Positions 40,561-51,202 of a stretch of DNA of 64,000 nt are shown here, in pieces. Position 1 is the stretch's first letter. Every line of letters begins with the position of its first letter. Where the stretch lies: the IMG/VR virus record IMGVR_UViG_3300042691_030495; one strand, given 5' to 3'. A program made the position numbers and the translations under genes. The notes beneath the pieces are model-generated. The model was not told where the DNA came from and searched no databases. It saw nothing but the letters and a program-made list of their open reading frames with translations. Source of the DNA: a virus.

Positions 40561-42281
40561 ATGTCTAATGTATTAGTTGCGGTATCACTCGAGGAAACTA
40601 TTGCTGAACTTGCTGAAGTTAGAGCGAGGAAGGCAGAACTCTCCGAGCGTGAGAGCGAGATTAGAAGTTTGGTTTTGGATACGGTTGCTAAGCAACCAAC
40701 TCAAATACTAAACGGTAATGGTGACCTTATCGCTGAAGTCACACTTAGCGAGCGTAGGTCTATCAACAGTTGGGACGATTTCGAAACTAAGTTCCCTGAA
40801 GCGTATGACGCTTTAGTGAAGTTCGGGGAAGTTCTAACTCTCAACCTTCCGAGATAGCAAAAGTCAAAAGACACCTCACCTTCGGGTGGGGTGTTTTTTG
40901 TTGGATAATTTCTGTGGCACTACAGTGTGGGCTGCACCTGCGAGGATCCTGTGGAGATTTTTTGTTATCAATTTGTTATCAAAGAACCCCCCAAGTTGTC
41001 AGTAGGGTGTGCGAGTATGTTTTTGTTAGCAATTTCGCTAACCCAAACAAGGAGTAGCATGACCGAAGAAGTAAAGGCAACACAAGAGAATTACCTAGAG
41101 CTTTTGGAAGCCCTAAGCGTTCGAGAGGCACTAGAGGTAGCTAGCGGTATCACCAAGCGCCTAGCAGACCTAAAAGTAAACAATGACGGCTATTGGTTAG
41201 AGAAGCCGTGGAAGTTTCCCGAGTATTGGGTGCCAGCTCTCAATGGAGTAATTGACGACTCCGACCTTGACCTAGAAGAAGAGTATGCCTAGAGGGCACA
41301 GGGTTTCTTATAGGAAGCAACCTATTGCTATCTTGCCAGTATCAACAGAAGAACTGATACAGATAACCAAGAAGGAAGCTTGGGTAGATAGGAAAGATTG
41401 GGCGAATCAGATTCTTGCCTTAGTTCAATCTCGACCGAATGAGTGGTTAAAGCTATCGGGTGGGCATACTGTTTCGCTTGCCCCAAGATACCTGAAGCCC
41501 CTGGGGATAAAATACACACAAGACACGACTAAATACGAGAAGCCGTCAATAGCCGTTTTGTATGTGAAGTGGGAAACAAAATAAAAATAATTCCGACACG
41601 CTGAGGAATGTTCTTGATAATTGTCGGCGGTTGGTGGAAGAATTGAGCTGCGGAGGTTCCGCAAGAAAGGGGCAAAAATGCCAAAGTATGAAGTGAAGAT
41701 GTTGGTTGAGTTTTCAGGGGAATTGGAAGCTGAATCTCCCGAAGCTGCCGAGAAGCTTGCTTGGACAAGTTGGGGCGACACAATGGACAAGGAAATTACT
41801 TACGATAATGTGGATTCAATAGAAATCCAAGAAATCGAAGATTACGAAGAAGATGAAGAAGAAGAAGACCTTTTCTAGCTGAATCTTCTTGAAGCCCCCG
41901 CTGATTCTGGCGGGGGTTTTTATTTTGACCCTGGCGGATCCGCTGGCGCGACACGCCCGAAAAACTTTTTTCAAAATGTGCTTGACTTTAGTTTGGGCTA
42001 GTGCTACTTTTGACTTGTTGGGGAAGTTCCCCAAAGATAAGGGGTAAGAAATGAAGTTTGTAATCCGTAGAGCAGTAGCAGGTTTGCTACTTGTGCCAGT
42101 AGTTGCTGGTTTGTATGTTGCTGGTTATGTAGTGCTGGGCTTGCTTGGTGCTGGTATGTCAATTACGCTTGATGAAGTTTGGGCTAATGGACTTTTGATT
42201 GGTTTTGTTTGTGCGGTTGCTTTTGCTTTTGCTACGCAACTGGATAGACTTGCTTACAAGATTATTGGAGAGGAAAACTAA
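40561..42281 (+). CDS. Small early hypothetical genes (40561-40857, 41059-41292, 41285-41584, 41678-41878, 42051-42281)
   Basis: SD-led ORFs between promoter motifs and terminators. Confidence 0.6.
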
Positions 42282-42722
42282 TGACCATTATTGTACTCAA
42301 CCTAGACGGCTCGAAAACGCCTTATGGCTATTCAGCTCACTCTACCGACATAACCGATTACTATGACCGCCTAGTTGCGGAAAGTAGAATCGCTAGCTAC
42401 GAGGTGATTTCCTAATGGGAGATTTACTTTTCTTAGCGTCTGGCATTGCTCTTATTCTTGGTGGCTTTGCTCTTATGATTTACGGCTTACTGATTGTAAG
42501 ACGGGACAACTACCGACCAAAACATACTCGCTCGACATACTTGCCCCCCAAGAGATAGATAGTTCCCCCAACTATCAACAAAACCCCCGTATTTTACCTC
42601 TACGGGGGTTTTCTTGTGTGGTGATTAGTGTGGCTAATTCAGATCCGGGGTTAGTTGACTTGTTTGCTGATTCATGTTAGTTTTACCTTGCCTATTGTTG
42701 GGCTTTAGATTGGAGAGATAAA

Positions 42723-43655
42723 GTGAAGAATAAAATTAGTATCGCGCTCGCGGTCATTGTGCTTGCCATTGGGGCAACACCCGCTAGCGCTGGAGTTCAG
42801 ACCGAAGTTAGTTCTTGGGGTTTGGATAGATTAGACCAAGCAACAGCAACACTAGATAGAAGTTATAGCTACCCCGACAGCGCTGGCGCTGGAGTGCGTG
42901 TCTATGTTATGGATACTGGAGTTCTTGGAACGCTACCTGGTTTTGGCGGGAGAGTTCTTACAGGGTTTGACGCGCTCGCTGGAATCAGAACGCCACACCA
43001 AGCTAACCGTGATTGTAATGGACACGGGACAGCGGTAGCTGGAATTGTTGCGAGCGCTACTTATGGAGTAGCTAAGAGCGCAACCATTGTGCCAGTTCGC
43101 GTTGCTGATTGTAAGGGTGGAGTATCACCTGACGCGGTTCTAAAGGGTATCGATTGGATAGCTAAGAATCACCCGCGCGGTGTCCCTGGTGTTGTGAACA
43201 TGAGTATTGCGGTATCAAAGTCTAAGACGGTTGATGACGCGATTACAAGACTCTACAAACTTGGTTTGGTTTCAGTAGTTTCCGCTGGTAATCAAAACGC
43301 TGACGCGTGTCAAATAAGTCCCGCGGGAGCTAGCCTAGCTTTGACAGTTGGTTCTACTAACATGAACGACCAAAGAACTAATAACTCTAACTTTGGTGAG
43401 TGCGTGTCTATGTATGCCCCTGGCGGTTTGATTACAACCGAAGGTGTAAACGGTTTGCCCTCAACAAGAAGCGGGACATCTATGTCTGCGCCTCATGTTG
43501 CTGGAGCTATAGCCTTGTATCTATCAAAGAACCCAAAGGCGACAGCGCCCGCGACTATTTGGGAGATTACAAGAAACGGGTTGGGTGGCGTTGTCATTGA
43601 CGCTAAGAGTGTCAAGGGTAATGTTCTACTCAACACCGCCTTTCTCAACAAATAA
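42723..43655 (+). CDS. Secreted subtilisin-like S8 serine protease (aqualysin/proteinase K type)
   Basis: Signal peptide; SWGLDRLDQ; DTG, HGT, GTSMSAPHVAG catalytic triad. Confidence 0.92.
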   Translation: MKNKISIALAVIVLAIGATPASAGVQTEVSSWGLDRLDQATATLDRSYSYPDSAGAGVRVYVMDTGVLGTLPGFGGRVLTGFDALAGIRTPHQANRDCNGHGTAVAGIVASATYGVAKSATIVPVRVADCKGGVSPDAVLKGIDWIAKNHPRGVPGVVNMSIAVSKSKTVDDAITRLYKLGLVSVVSAGNQNADACQISPAGASLALTVGSTNMNDQRTNNSNFGECVSMYAPGGLITTEGVNGLPSTRSGTSMSAPHVAGAIALYLSKNPKATAPATIWEITRNGLGGVVIDAKSVKGNVLLNTAFLNK

Positions 43656-43719
43656 ACAACAACAATAAGCGAACCCCCTGCCGTTATGGCGGGGGGTTTC
43701 TTATTGCGGTTGCGCTCGC

Positions 43720-44225
43720 GAGATCTCTGTGGATCTATGCCGGCTAATGTGGTGGATCAGATCTTTATGGTGGATCAGATCTCTACAGCGGATTAGATTA
43801 GATCTACGGTTATGCGGTATGCCGATCTAGTCTTTATGCCGGATCAGATCTAGTTTGTATTTTGATCAGATCTATCTGCGGTATGCGGTTAGATCAGATC
43901 TACCCCCTGCGGTTAGATCAGATCTAGCTTGATCCAAGATCTAACAACTAATCTAAACAAGATCTAACTAAAGATTCTTGTCTGATCTAGCTCGACCGGA
44001 ACTCTAGATCTAGCCTAGAAAATAATTAGATCACTAACCAAGATAAGACCCCCCTTAGTGTCAAAAATTACACACAACTAAGACAAGACCCCTAAGACCC
44101 CTTAGTGTCTTTTCTTAGCTAGACCTGGCTTTGTCTAGATGACAAGTTCGCAAGACTTTAGATCTAGATCAGAGATTAGTCAAGCCTTAGATCTAGCTCA
44201 CACTCTCAAAGACTTTAGATCAAGT
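43720..44225. repeat. GATC/AGATCT-rich non-coding repeat cluster
   Basis: About 26 GATC in ~500 bp, many as GATCAGATCT; followed by A/T tracts. Confidence 0.85.
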
Positions 44226-44546
44226 CTTAGACCTACTTACTCAAACTAAACTAACTAAAAAACTTTTTGTCCTTAGTGTTTTTATTTTTTGTCTTGATTT
44301 CTATAAAAAACTTTTTCTTTTATAAAAATTCGAAGACCCCCCCTATCTTTAGGAAACGATTTTACGAAAAGTCAAAATGTAACCGCTGCCTTCTCACCCG
44401 CCAAAAGCAGTTAATGCTAAGGTACTAACTCTTAGCTTTCAGTACATAGCCGCCCCCGGATTTAAAAAAATAAATCTTAAAGGTACTAAAACTTAAATAA
44501 AGTAGAGTCCTTATCGCCCTGTACAAAACTTGCTAAACTGTACCTT

Positions 44547-45056
44547 ATGACCCGAAGAACTGCCAGAAGTCAACCCATCCCGCCAGCTGAGGTTGAGTAC
44601 TTAAACTCCCTCGAAATAAACGCCCTTATTCCGAGAGTTAGCGCACTATATAAAGCAGGCTGGGCCCTACAGGCTATCGGGGACTGCCTAGACCCAAGGC
44701 GCCCAAGATCCACCGTCAGGAGCTGGGTTGTCAAGGCCGCTGAGGTTGAGAGCCCGGAAGTAGTAGACGCCCCCATTGTTCCTTCACCAAAACACAAAAC
44801 TACCCCTGAGGGATACCAGAAACGCCGTCCAACGTCTCCGGGTATCCAGGAGGACACCTTTGACGAAATCCGCTCCTTGGCCCCTCTAGCGCGCTCCTAT
44901 AGGGCAAAAATGACCCAAACCAGCTCCGCGGCTGTAGCTAACCGCAGATTGACCGATATTTGCACTAAATTACACGAAAATGGCGTAGGAATAAGGGAAT
45001 TAGCCGAGGCAGCAGGGGTAACATACCGCGCTATGTACAAGAGAATCAAGCTTTAA
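44547..45056 (+). CDS. Tandem-HTH DNA-binding protein
   Basis: GWALQAIG...RSTVRSW; GVGIRELAEAAGVTYRAMYKRI. Confidence 0.7.
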   Translation: MTRRTARSQPIPPAEVEYLNSLEINALIPRVSALYKAGWALQAIGDCLDPRRPRSTVRSWVVKAAEVESPEVVDAPIVPSPKHKTTPEGYQKRRPTSPGIQEDTFDEIRSLAPLARSYRAKMTQTSSAAVANRRLTDICTKLHENGVGIRELAEAAGVTYRAMYKRIKL

Positions 45057-45275
45057 TCTCGATTTGACACCCTAAATCCGACACAGTAGGATTTTCGCTG
45101 TGGTAAAATATTAACCGGAGAGCACGTTCTTTCAATAAAAGGAAGGATGTGCTTTTTGGCATCTCTGGACATTTTGTGTTAGAGTGCAACCCACAATTTA
45201 ATATGGAAAGAAAACCAAATAGAACACTAAACGACCGAGTACTAAGGTATTCACTTCTGAAAGGTAGGTCGCTAA

Positions 45276-46028
45276 ATGCATAAGAGGTTCATTTCAATCA
45301 GTGCGATAGCACTAGTAATGACTGGCTCCACCGCAGCGTTCGGACAGATGTTAGAGTCCAGCACCGCTGCGTCAGAACAAACAGTAGTAACACAAGTAAC
45401 AAAACCGGCTGAAATAATTGACTCTCCTGTACAAAAGGTAGAAATTGTTTCCGGCCCTGCTATATCTCCCGTGATTGCTGCGGGCCCTGTCCTAAAGTCA
45501 AGCGCACCCATCGTCGGGTCGTATGACTGGATGGCCCAGGAAAAAGCTGCAAAAGAAGCTCTCATGTCTGATGCTGAAAAAGTGCAAGCAGAACTAGAGG
45601 CAGAAATTGCTCGGCTAGAAAAAATCGCCTCTGACACCAAAGCCCTAAACGAGGCTCTTGTCTTGGTTAAAAAACAAATTGGCATCACCCCTTGGGTTTT
45701 TCAGGGGTCAAGCCCCCGCGCCTGGGACTGCTCGGGTCTTGTAAAATGGACCTACGCCCAGCTTGGGATAGACCTGTATCACAGTGCCACATGGCAAAGA
45801 TACTGGGGCGAGATTGTAGCCGAACCTAAAATTGGAGACCTAGTATCCTTCAATTACAAAAACTACTCAAGCGCCTACCACATCGGGATCTATATAGGTC
45901 CTGATGAGATGCTTCACTCTGGCGGCAAGCCGGGCGATAGGACTGAAATACGCTCTATCAGTGGATGGCAAAAGGACAATGGAAACAGCGAAGTTACCTA
46001 CACCCGCATCATTGAAACCAACAACTAG
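45276..46028 (+). CDS. Secreted NlpC/P60 peptidoglycan endopeptidase with coiled coil
   Basis: Signal peptide; TPWVFQG....WDCSGL, PKIGDLV, HIGIYIG, MLHS. Confidence 0.88.
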   Translation: MHKRFISISAIALVMTGSTAAFGQMLESSTAASEQTVVTQVTKPAEIIDSPVQKVEIVSGPAISPVIAAGPVLKSSAPIVGSYDWMAQEKAAKEALMSDAEKVQAELEAEIARLEKIASDTKALNEALVLVKKQIGITPWVFQGSSPRAWDCSGLVKWTYAQLGIDLYHSATWQRYWGEIVAEPKIGDLVSFNYKNYSSAYHIGIYIGPDEMLHSGGKPGDRTEIRSISGWQKDNGNSEVTYTRIIETNN

Positions 46029-46145
46029 TTAGAACGAGAGGCCCCTCCTTCGGGAGGGGTTTTTCTCTTTAAATTTGACTTGACAAACAAAACCATATAC
46101 ATTAGTGTTTAGTCAAGCATCACCCAAATAGAGAAAAGAGACAAA

Positions 46146-46959
46146 ATGAAGAACATATACAAAAGCATTGTTATCGCAGTTGTTTTTGGAAACGTTATTG
46201 CGTTCCCAGTTGTTGCCTACACATTTCCGTGGGAAACTTACCTAATTGATCCAACCCCCTACTACGTCATTCAGTCAGAGTCGCTAGGATTTTTGATTGC
46301 CGCATGTATCTTCATCTACGAGTGGGTCAAGTACGGTGAGAAGCCAGACATTCTCAAAGGTAAGTTTAAGCCTCGCGCGTTTAAGCAGAAAGTTGCAAAG
46401 TAGCTCTACTTGCGCATACAACCAGACTGTGATAGGATATAGCCATGAACTTAGATAACAATTTTGCTTGGCTAGTCCTACTAGCAGTAGTCGCGATACT
46501 CTACTACCCAGTAGCGAAAAGACTTTACAGAAGATGGAAGCGGGCGCGTTTTTTAAAACAAGATCCGGCTCCACTTCTAGGTGTTGTCTTTCCGCCTTCA
46601 GACAAAAAGGATGAATACTAAATGCGTTTACTACTAGCGCTAAGAGAAATTAACTGGCTTGCGGTGCTTGCTTTGCTTGCATCACTAGTGGCGGTTATTT
46701 TTACCTACGTAACTAACCCACCGCTTACAGGTCCAACGATTGCACTAGCTGCAATCGCCCTAGCTAAGCTGTCCGAAAGAGACTAAAAATAATGGACGCC
46801 CTTACTGTAATGACAATCGTTGTAGCGGTGCTTTTAGTTCTCGGATTTATTTTCTGGGTTTTTCTAGGAGTTGTGATTTTTTTGGGCGCGGCCACCATGG
46901 GAGACGTGCACGACGATTTTCCAACCGAAAAAGATTTTGAAAATAGGAAAACTAAATGA
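46146..46959 (+). CDS. Four small membrane proteins (46146-46403, 46445-46621, 46622-46786, 46792-46959)
   Basis: Abutting short ORFs, each with hydrophobic segments; three are below the ORF-track cutoff. Confidence 0.55.
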
Positions 46960-47243
46960 TGTACTCAACGAAAAAAATACTCACGGTTGATGGGTCGGAC
47001 GAATTAAGAGACGTCCTCCCTTTAAGCGGGGTATTCGACATGCTCGACTGCGAAGTAGAGCTACTGTGCCCGCCTACTGCCCCTACGTCCGAAATAGAGA
47101 AGATGGTTCACATCATTGAGTCTATGATCAACGTAACTGATGTCAGGGTAACCGGCATCCCACGCTCAGAAGAAGAGCGAAGCTATACGGTAACAATTAG
47201 TAACGTACCAATCGAAGTTGCAAAAGGAAAACTAAGAGGATAG
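46956..47243 (+). CDS. Hypothetical protein
   Basis: ATGA overlap with the upstream ORF. Confidence 0.55.
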   Translation: MMYSTKKILTVDGSDELRDVLPLSGVFDMLDCEVELLCPPTAPTSEIEKMVHIIESMINVTDVRVTGIPRSEEERSYTVTISNVPIEVAKGKLRG

Positions 47244-47256
47244 AGTAACCACCATA

Positions 47257-47814
47257 ATGACGAATACAAAATACATAAAAAAGAACCAGCAGGTTCCAAC
47301 TCACATTGCAGAGTTTTTTAAGACCAGCCCTGCTCCGGAGCTTCGAGACCAGTTGATCCGCACCCTTTGCGACAATCACTGGACATACGAAGCTGTTGCT
47401 GCTGCGTGTGACATTACACGAGAGCGCGTCCGCCAGATATACAGCTCGGAGCCTACGCAGAAAAATGTAAGACTTCCGTTTGACATTCCGGAGCCACCGC
47501 TAAAGCCTGAACGCTCTAAGCCGGTTTACATTGAGCCAGCCCCTGAAACACTAAAGCGCTTGCTTGATCTACAGCCTTACGCTCAGCTAGTTAGATCAAA
47601 TGGAAAGGCTTATCGCGAAGAAGCCGAGGAGTACACCAAGCTTCTTAACTACGCTCACACCGTTGAGGGTGTAACTCTTTATCGACTAGCAAAGCGTCTT
47701 GGCGTAACACACGGTGCACTACGTTTTCGTCTTGTACGTTACGGTTACAAAAAACCAGTAACTGCAACTTCGAAAGTTTACACTCCGATCCTAAAAGAAA
47801 ATAGGTTGAAGTAG
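47257..47814 (+). CDS. Tandem-HTH DNA-binding protein (sigma region-4-like HTH)
   Basis: WTYEAVAAACDITRERVRQI; GVTLYRLAKRLGVTHGALRFRL. Confidence 0.75.
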   Translation: MTNTKYIKKNQQVPTHIAEFFKTSPAPELRDQLIRTLCDNHWTYEAVAAACDITRERVRQIYSSEPTQKNVRLPFDIPEPPLKPERSKPVYIEPAPETLKRLLDLQPYAQLVRSNGKAYREEAEEYTKLLNYAHTVEGVTLYRLAKRLGVTHGALRFRLVRYGYKKPVTATSKVYTPILKENRLK

Positions 47815-47831
47815 CAGAGTTATAATATAAG

Positions 47832-47935
47832 TGGCGAAAGCCCTAGCTAGATAAACCGAAGACAATCCAATAGGAGGTCGGAAAACGTATCTAGATTTGC
47901 GGGTCCTACTTTTTTGGTAGGGCCCGCAACTCTTT
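47832..47935 (+). ncRNA. Candidate ~100-nt small RNA
   Basis: TATAAT at 47821, GGC-GAAA-GCC hairpin, CTAGATA/TATCTAG stem, strong terminal hairpin. Confidence 0.45.
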
Positions 47936-48006
47936 AACCGGGTGCGCTGTGTGGTAAACTTCAAGTATCGGGGAATCGACTCTCTACCGAAGAAAGCTCA
48001 CAGCTA

Positions 48007-49404
<1,398 letters not shown>

Positions 49405-49427
49405 TAAATCCTGTACACTAGTACCTT

Positions 49428-50837
49428 ATGGGTAAAAGTATTATGGAACAGCTCGCTCTCCTTCCAGAGGAGGAGCGACTAGAGGCTCTTGCTGACATCG
49501 ATCCAGACTCTCTGATCTGGGACTGGTCCGTTTGGGCGCGTCCAGAGCAGCTAGCCCCGCCCGGTACCGATTGGAATATCTGGCTTGTTATGGCAGGCCG
49601 TGGTTTTGGTAAGACTCGCCTAGCAGCAGAATGGGTCCGCGAACAGGCCAAATACACGACTACCGGCCAACGCCGATTCGCACTTGTTGCCCGTACCGCA
49701 GCCGACGTCCGTGACGTTATCGTTGAAGGTGAGTCCGGAATCATCAATATCACCCCTCCAAGCGAGCGTCCACTATACGAGCCTTCGAAGCGTCGTCTAA
49801 CTTGGCCCAACGGAAACACCGCCACACTTTTTACCGCTGACGAACCTGACGGTCTCCGTGGTCCGCAGTTCACTCACGCCTGGGGCGATGAAATTGCAGC
49901 TTGGCGTCAGACTCCAGATGCCGCAGGTATGACCGCCTTCGATAACCTTCGAGTTGGTACTCGTCTTGGTGCAACCCCGCAGATGGTTGTTACCACAACC
50001 CCCAAGCGAGTTCCACTTCTTTACAAACTTATCGAAGAGTCCAGAACCGACAAAGGTAACGTAATTATTACCAAGGGATCTACCATGGACAATGCTGGAA
50101 ACCTTTCCAACTCATATCTTGACACCATTACCGGCGTTTACGAAGGTACCGCCTTGGCTCGCCAGGAGCTTTACGGTGAGATGCTCGAGGATCTCGAAGG
50201 CTCTATGTGGAATGAAGAGATGGTTGAAGAAGCTAGACATGCTATGTATCCATTCTCTACTCCTCTAAGAGTTATCGGCGTTGACCCTTCTGTTGCTGAA
50301 AACCCTCGCGACGAATGTGGAATTGTTGTAGTAGCGTCTACTGCAGATCACGATCTCTACAAGCGCGAAGCATGGGTTCTAGAAGACGCTTCTGTTCACG
50401 GCTCTCCAGATACTTGGGCTCGTAAAGTTGTTGAGATGGCACGCAAGTGGGGGTGCCCTGTTGTAGCCGAAGTAAACCAAGGTGGCGCACTAGTTCGAAA
50501 CGCTATTCTTTCAATCGACCCGAGCATTAAAGTTCTAGAGGTCCACTCTAAGCAAGGTAAACAGCTTCGTGCAGAGCCAATTGTTCTTGCCTACGAGCAA
50601 AAGCGCGTCCACCATGTTGGATACCTACAGGACCTAGAGTCTCAGATGTACTCGTGGATTCCAGGCGAAGGAAAATCTCCTGACCGGATTGACGCACTTG
50701 TCCACGCTTTAACCGCGCTACTAATTAAACCACCGCCTGGCTTTAGCGGAGGAAAGATACGCGCAAAATCTGTGGCAGACAGAAGACTTCCAAAAAGCTC
50801 AATAACTGACCGAGTAAATATCTTTAGAGTCCGCTAA
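49428..50837 (+). CDS. terL: Terminase large subunit
   Basis: AGRGFGKT Walker A, LRGPQF..AWGDE Walker B, TTTP, IGVDP, SPDRIDA nuclease motifs. Confidence 0.95.
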   Translation: MGKSIMEQLALLPEEERLEALADIDPDSLIWDWSVWARPEQLAPPGTDWNIWLVMAGRGFGKTRLAAEWVREQAKYTTTGQRRFALVARTAADVRDVIVEGESGIINITPPSERPLYEPSKRRLTWPNGNTATLFTADEPDGLRGPQFTHAWGDEIAAWRQTPDAAGMTAFDNLRVGTRLGATPQMVVTTTPKRVPLLYKLIEESRTDKGNVIITKGSTMDNAGNLSNSYLDTITGVYEGTALARQELYGEMLEDLEGSMWNEEMVEEARHAMYPFSTPLRVIGVDPSVAENPRDECGIVVVASTADHDLYKREAWVLEDASVHGSPDTWARKVVEMARKWGCPVVAEVNQGGALVRNAILSIDPSIKVLEVHSKQGKQLRAEPIVLAYEQKRVHHVGYLQDLESQMYSWIPGEGKSPDRIDALVHALTALLIKPPPGFSGGKIRAKSVADRRLPKSSITDRVNIFRVR

Positions 50838-51202
50838 TGAAGGTGCTTGCTGATATATTTCCAGCGCACCTAGCAGTAGTTGCCCCCGGGATTTTTGAAG
50901 ATGTCTATGACCTAAGATCTAATCCACCGACTGAAGATGCCTTTTATCGGAGTACTACCAGGGTTGTTGTTACGGACGAGGCGGTATTTGTTGCTCAGGA
51001 TGGTCCAAGCGGTGCTCAGATCATATTTCAAGAGAGATATGACCTATTCCTAAAAGCAGCAGACGCAAAAAGCGACTATAGAATCATAACTAAGTCTGGA
51101 AAAATGCTAGCATTTCAAAAAGACACCAACTGCGGCTGCGGATCCCGCCTTCGGGGTTGGAACGCGTATAAAACTATCTCTTCAATAAAGGATTCGATAT
51201 GA
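50837..51202 (+). CDS. Hypothetical protein
   Basis: Translationally coupled to terL; CGCGSRL motif. Confidence 0.65.
   Translation: MKVLADIFPAHLAVVAPGIFEDVYDLRSNPPTEDAFYRSTTRVVVTDEAVFVAQDGPSGAQIIFQERYDLFLKAADAKSDYRIITKSGKMLAFQKDTNCGCGSRLRGWNAYKTISSIKDSI

Larger units (their letters stand above)
29412..41643 (+). promoter_or_regulatory. Ten early promoters with a TGTC(RG)-N10-(-10 hexamer) architecture
   Basis: TGTC at 29412, 33746, 34969, 35735, 36175, 38178, 39313, 40473, 40997, 41622; each hexamer is followed exactly 10 nt later by TANNNT or a close variant. Confidence 0.75.

Noticed and set aside
43720-44225. CRISPR array in the GATC repeat region
   Set aside because: The repeats are short, degenerate and irregularly spaced.
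47850-47890. Hammerhead ribozyme (CCGAAGA…GAAA)
   Set aside because: The core deviates from CUGAnGA and the three stems cannot be built convincingly.
49428-50837. Intron or intein in terL (also checked thyX)
   Set aside because: Both are of normal length and uninterrupted, with no splicing motifs.
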